Origin: an uncultured Bacteroidales bacterium
GTDB lineage: Bacteria; Bacteroidota; Bacteroidia; Bacteroidales; WCHB1-69
Length of the DNA stretch: 41,665 nt
Direction of reading: 5' to 3'
Assembly (NCBI GenBank): GCA_905236885.1
Contig: CAJOQK010000121.1
Coordinates: 1 to 41,665, forward strand
This document shows positions 37,787-41,665 of the stretch, in pieces (position 1 is the first letter of the stretch; each line of letters begins with the position of its first letter). Under the pieces are notes generated by a model. The model saw nothing but the letters and a program-made list of their open reading frames with translations, was not told where the DNA came from and did no database searches. Both the position numbers and the translations under genes were made by a program.

Positions 37787-40630
37787 TTAAATCACGATAT
37801 TGACTATTTTTTTCGGAACCACAATCACCTTTTTCGGAGTTTGCCCCTGCAGCCACTTTTGGGCATCGGCGGATGCCAGCACCTCTTTTTCAATCTCCTC
37901 CCTTGACATGTCCAACGGAAAACTCATCACAAAACGGGTTTTTCCGTTAAAGGAGACCGCATAGTTGCAGCTGTTCTCCACCAGATATTTTTCCTCATAC
38001 TGCGGGAATTCCGCATAGGCTATGCTTTCGGTATGACCCAGCAGCTGCCACAGCTCCTCGCAGATATGGGGCGCGAAGGGTGCCATAAGACGACACAGTG
38101 GATCGAGAATTTCGCGCTGGTTGCACTTCAAATCGGTCAGTTCGTTGACACAGATCATGAAAGTGCTGACCGATGTGTTGTAAGCCATCTTCTCAATATC
38201 CTCCCCTACCTTCTTGATAGCCTTGTGCAGCGACTTGTAGGCGGCATCCGACGGTTTTTCGTCGCTTACGGCAAACTGCAGCTCAGAATTATGGTAGAGT
38301 CTCCAGAATTTTTTCAGGAAACGGGCCACGCCCTCAATGCCTTTGGTGTCCCATGGCTTGGACTGCTCCAACGGTCCGAGGAACATTTCATACATGCGCA
38401 GTGTGTCAGCACCCTGCTTCTCCACGATGTCGTCCGGATTCTGCACGTTGAACATGGATTTGGACATTTTCTCTATCTCCCATCCGCAAATGTACTTGCC
38501 CTCCTCCAGAATGAACTCGGCACCGGCAAATTCGGGCCGCCACTGCCGGAACTTTTCAATATCCAGCACATCGTTGTCCACTATATTGATATCCACATGG
38601 ATAGGATCGGTCTCATATTCATCTTTCAGATGCAGGGAGACATATTTGTTGCTTCCCTTGATCCGGTACACAAAACTGGAGCGCCCCTGAATCATGCCCT
38701 GATTCACCAGTTTATGGTAAGGCTCCTCCACGCAGGACATTCCCAAATCGTGCAGGAACTTGTTCCAGAAGCGGGAATAGAGCAGATGCCCCGTAGCATG
38801 CTCGATGCCACCCACATAGAGGTCGACATTGCGCCAGTATTCGTTGGCCTCCTTGGAAAAATAGCACTGGTCGTTGTGCGGATCCATATAGCGCAGGTAA
38901 TAGCCGTTGGAACCGGCAAAACCGGGCATGGTATTGTAATCCAGCGGATAACCCTTGTATTCCCAATTTTTGGCGCGGGCCAGAGGCGGTTCGCCCGTGG
39001 CGGTGGGCTGATAGGTGTCAATTTCAGGCAAAAGCAGCGGCAACTCGCTCTCATCCAGCACACAGGGATAACCATCCTTGTAATAGACAGGGAACGGCTC
39101 GCCCCAATAGCGCTGGCGGCTGAAAATGGCGTCGCGGAGGCGGTAATTGACCTTCCTCTCGCCGATTCCCATCTCCACCAAACGGTCAATCACAGCGGTA
39201 ATGGCCTTTTTCACCGGCATGCCGTCAATGAAGCCGGAATTGATGCAGACTCCTGATTTGCTATCCTTTGACTCCGTCCATGTGTCCGTGTCGGTAGGCT
39301 GCTCGCCCTCGGGCAGCACCACCTGCCTGATAGGCAGATTAAAATGGCGGGCAAAAGCGAAGTCGCGGCTGTCATGCGCAGGCACCGCCATCACCGCACC
39401 CGTACCGTATCCGGCCAGCACATAGTCGGAAACCCAAATGGGGATGCGCGTTTCGGTCAACGGATTGACCGCATAGGCACCGGTAAAGACCCCGCTCACC
39501 TTTTTCACCTCCGCCTGACGTTCCCGCTCACTGCGGTTTTTTGCCCAAGTGACGTATGCCTCCACCTCAGCTTTCTGCTCCGGTGTGGTGATTTGCGCAA
39601 TCATCTCATGCTCCGGGCAAAGCACCATGAAGGTCACGCCGAAAATGGTGTCGGGACGGGTTGTGAATATTTCAAATGCAGGCACCGCATGCAGACTGGC
39701 CTGGTTGATATAGGCCTGCACGCCGGGCAGCACATCGGCGTTGCTTTTCTCTGCAATGGGGAACCAGACGGAGGCACCCTCGCTCCGGCCAATCCAGTTG
39801 CGCTGGATTTCCTTCAGCGAATCGGTCCATTCCACCTGATCCAAACCTCTGAGCAGCCGTTCGGCATAGGCCGTAATACGCAACGACCATTGTTTCATCA
39901 GTTTGCGTTCCACCGGATAGCCGCCACGCACTGACACCCCGTTGATCACCTCATCGTTGGCCAGAACAGTGCCCAAATCAGCGCACCAGTTGACCATACT
40001 GTCCGACAGATAGGCCAACCTATAATGCATCAGTATTTCCTGTTTTTCTTTTTCTGAAAAGTTTTTCCATTCATCCGCACTGAAATCAGGCGTTTTTTCG
40101 TCACAACTTGCATTAACCTGCGCATTGCCGTCCGCCTCGAACTGGGACACCAGCTCCGCAATGGGACGCGCTTTTTGCAGTTTTTCGTCATAATAGTGCT
40201 TGAACAGTTGGATGAAGGTCCATTGGGTCCATTTGTAATAGCTTGGGTCGCAGGTTCTGACCTCCCGGTCCCAGTCAAAGGAAAGCCCCAGCAGATCCAG
40301 CTGTTCGCGATAGCGGTTAATGTTCCGCTCCGTGGTGATGGCCGGATGCTGGCCGGTTTGGATGGCATACTGCTCCGCAGGCAGGCCGTAAGCGTCATAG
40401 CCCATGGGATGCAGCACGTTAAAGCCTTTCATGCGCTTGTAACGCGCAAAAATGTCGCTGGCAATGTAGCCCAGCGGATGCCCGACATGCAGACCCGCCC
40501 CCGAAGGATAGGGAAACATGTCCAATATGTAAAATTTGGGCTTGTCCGAACGGTTCTCCGCCTTAAAAGTCTTATGAGCAGCCCAATAAGCCCTCCATTT
40601 TTTCTCTATCTCATTGAAATTGTATTCCAT
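37787..40630 (-). CDS. leuS: Leucine--tRNA ligase
   Basis: MFPYPSG.GLHVGH, FTTRPDT editing domain, SRQRYWG, KMSKS; -7 box TAACTTTG at 40663-40670 (minus strand). Confidence 0.97.
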   Translation of the reverse strand: MEYNFNEIEKKWRAYWAAHKTFKAENRSDKPKFYILDMFPYPSGAGLHVGHPLGYIASDIFARYKRMKGFNVLHPMGYDAYGLPAEQYAIQTGQHPAITTERNINRYREQLDLLGLSFDWDREVRTCDPSYYKWTQWTFIQLFKHYYDEKLQKARPIAELVSQFEADGNAQVNASCDEKTPDFSADEWKNFSEKEKQEILMHYRLAYLSDSMVNWCADLGTVLANDEVINGVSVRGGYPVERKLMKQWSLRITAYAERLLRGLDQVEWTDSLKEIQRNWIGRSEGASVWFPIAEKSNADVLPGVQAYINQASLHAVPAFEIFTTRPDTIFGVTFMVLCPEHEMIAQITTPEQKAEVEAYVTWAKNRSERERQAEVKKVSGVFTGAYAVNPLTETRIPIWVSDYVLAGYGTGAVMAVPAHDSRDFAFARHFNLPIRQVVLPEGEQPTDTDTWTESKDSKSGVCINSGFIDGMPVKKAITAVIDRLVEMGIGERKVNYRLRDAIFSRQRYWGEPFPVYYKDGYPCVLDESELPLLLPEIDTYQPTATGEPPLARAKNWEYKGYPLDYNTMPGFAGSNGYYLRYMDPHNDQCYFSKEANEYWRNVDLYVGGIEHATGHLLYSRFWNKFLHDLGMSCVEEPYHKLVNQGMIQGRSSFVYRIKGSNKYVSLHLKDEYETDPIHVDINIVDNDVLDIEKFRQWRPEFAGAEFILEEGKYICGWEIEKMSKSMFNVQNPDDIVEKQGADTLRMYEMFLGPLEQSKPWDTKGIEGVARFLKKFWRLYHNSELQFAVSDEKPSDAAYKSLHKAIKKVGEDIEKMAYNTSVSTFMICVNELTDLKCNQREILDPLCRLMAPFAPHICEELWQLLGHTESIAYAEFPQYEEKYLVENSCNYAVSFNGKTRFVMSFPLDMSREEIEKEVLASADAQKWLQGQTPKKVIVVPKKIVNIVI

Positions 40631-40752
40631 AGGATATCTAATTTACAAGAAGCACAAAAATGCAAAGTTACAAAAAAATCCGATATGGAACGCCTCATTG
40701 GGCATCTCTTTTTTGTTTTTTAATAAAAGTGACCTCTAAAAAGAGAGACCAT

Positions 40753-41184
40753 TTAATTGCCGTTTCCGGTTTGATACGGAAACCAACTTATCCTGACACC
40801 CTTTATATTATAAAAAGTTGCACCTCCCAAACCGCCCCATCTTGCATCAAAATAAAGACTGTCTCCTTTTACCCGGAATTTGTAGGTGTTAAATCCACCC
40901 GGACTATTTCCATAACCTTTTAATATTTTTCCATCAACATCTATGGTAAAGGAAAAGAACAATATATCAACTCCATCTTCATATCGCGATGACGGGGTGA
41001 TATTTATGATGGTATCCGACAAATCTTTAAGCACATATGAACCATATGTAGATGACCACATAGTCTCCTTATACGAACAACGATAGGTTCCAACATACCT
41101 GCCACGTGGATCCTCTTTTTTACATGAATTTGACAGCAGACCCACCAACATGGCTGCAATGGGAAAAAAAATAATCCTTTTCAT
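40753..41184 (-). CDS. Small lipoprotein of unknown function
   Basis: MKRIIFFPIAAMLVGLLSNS-C lipobox followed by KKED; YVGTY and GDSLYF motifs suggest a beta-rich fold; AT-richer than its neighbours. Confidence 0.8.
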   Translation of the reverse strand: MKRIIFFPIAAMLVGLLSNSCKKEDPRGRYVGTYRCSYKETMWSSTYGSYVLKDLSDTIINITPSSRYEDGVDILFFSFTIDVDGKILKGYGNSPGGFNTYKFRVKGDSLYFDARWGGLGGATFYNIKGVRISWFPYQTGNGN

Positions 41185-41303
41185 AACCTATAAACAATCT
41201 GTGAACAACTATTGGTGACATCGGATTCATCCCTTGTTGTAGCACTAGCCGCATTACCCGACATATTCAGGTGATATGTGACACCATTTGATTTGTTTCT
41301 CAT
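41181..41303 (-). CDS. Possible 40-aa ORF translationally coupled to the lipoprotein
   Basis: MRNKSNG...QIVYRL*; its TGA overlaps the lipoprotein ATG; lies downstream of a TACATTTG box (41350-41357, minus strand). Confidence 0.3.
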   Translation of the reverse strand: MRNKSNGVTYHLNMSGNAASATTRDESDVTNSCSQIVYRL

Positions 41304-41665
41304 TTTCAAACTATTATATAACAAACACCGTAAATCTTGCTTAAATATGCAAATGTACATAAAATTCCAATGTAAAGCCATACAGACCCACACAAATTTT
41401 GCAAGAAATTTTCAGAGGAAATATACATATGAATCCAATGCAAACGCTATAGGCGACCTTTAAAAAGACTTTGCGAACAATTTTGAATTTATTTCAGAAA
41501 GATTTTGTCTTTTTGTGGAATGAGATCACAGTAGGGGAAAAATGATTCGCCTTCAACAGGATGGAGATGACGGCGAACGCTTTCATAGTCCTTATTGCAT
41601 CCAATAGAAAAAAAGAATAACCTTCACAATATTTATATGCGTATTTCGTTATCATTAAAAAATAA

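Noticed and set aside
41400-41665. Gene or RNA at the right edge
   Set aside because: No convincing ORF, tRNA cloverleaf or repeat seen; AT-rich intergenic DNA

Overview
A chromosomal window that looks like Bacteroidales, judged from TAnnTTTG -7 promoter boxes, T9SS C-terminal sorting domains, an S46 peptidase and the clpC/gyrA/TPR arrangement. Most of it is housekeeping: purH, mreB, a DinF-type MATE, nfo, an LTA-synthase-family protein, dcp, rpmB, an M20 dipeptidase, clpC, gyrA, lptB, rseP, dxr, a DPP7-like peptidase and leuS. Three areas are accessory or mosaic. (1) At the left end, an AAA_14/DUF4143 ATPase cassette is bracketed by a 72-bp direct repeat of an AraC gene 3' end, and it also carries a 3' remnant of a paralog of the lipoprotein at 40753-41184. 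(2) At 15.3-18.8 kb, a three-gene operon (secreted YD-like protein, VTC/polyphosphate-polymerase-domain protein, DUF4956) is divergent from a porin ORF whose first 42 codons are a decayed superoxide dismutase N-terminus. (3) Several intergenic structures occur: a nested-hairpin element at 8136-8219, a motif ACTTCTAAAAATT found three times, an (AT)9(GT)4 tract, ~20-nt phased GGACAY repeats, and face-to-face promoter boxes. I saw no CRISPR array, rRNA, tRNA, integrase or transposase. All family assignments come from motif recognition by eye; no database search was run.
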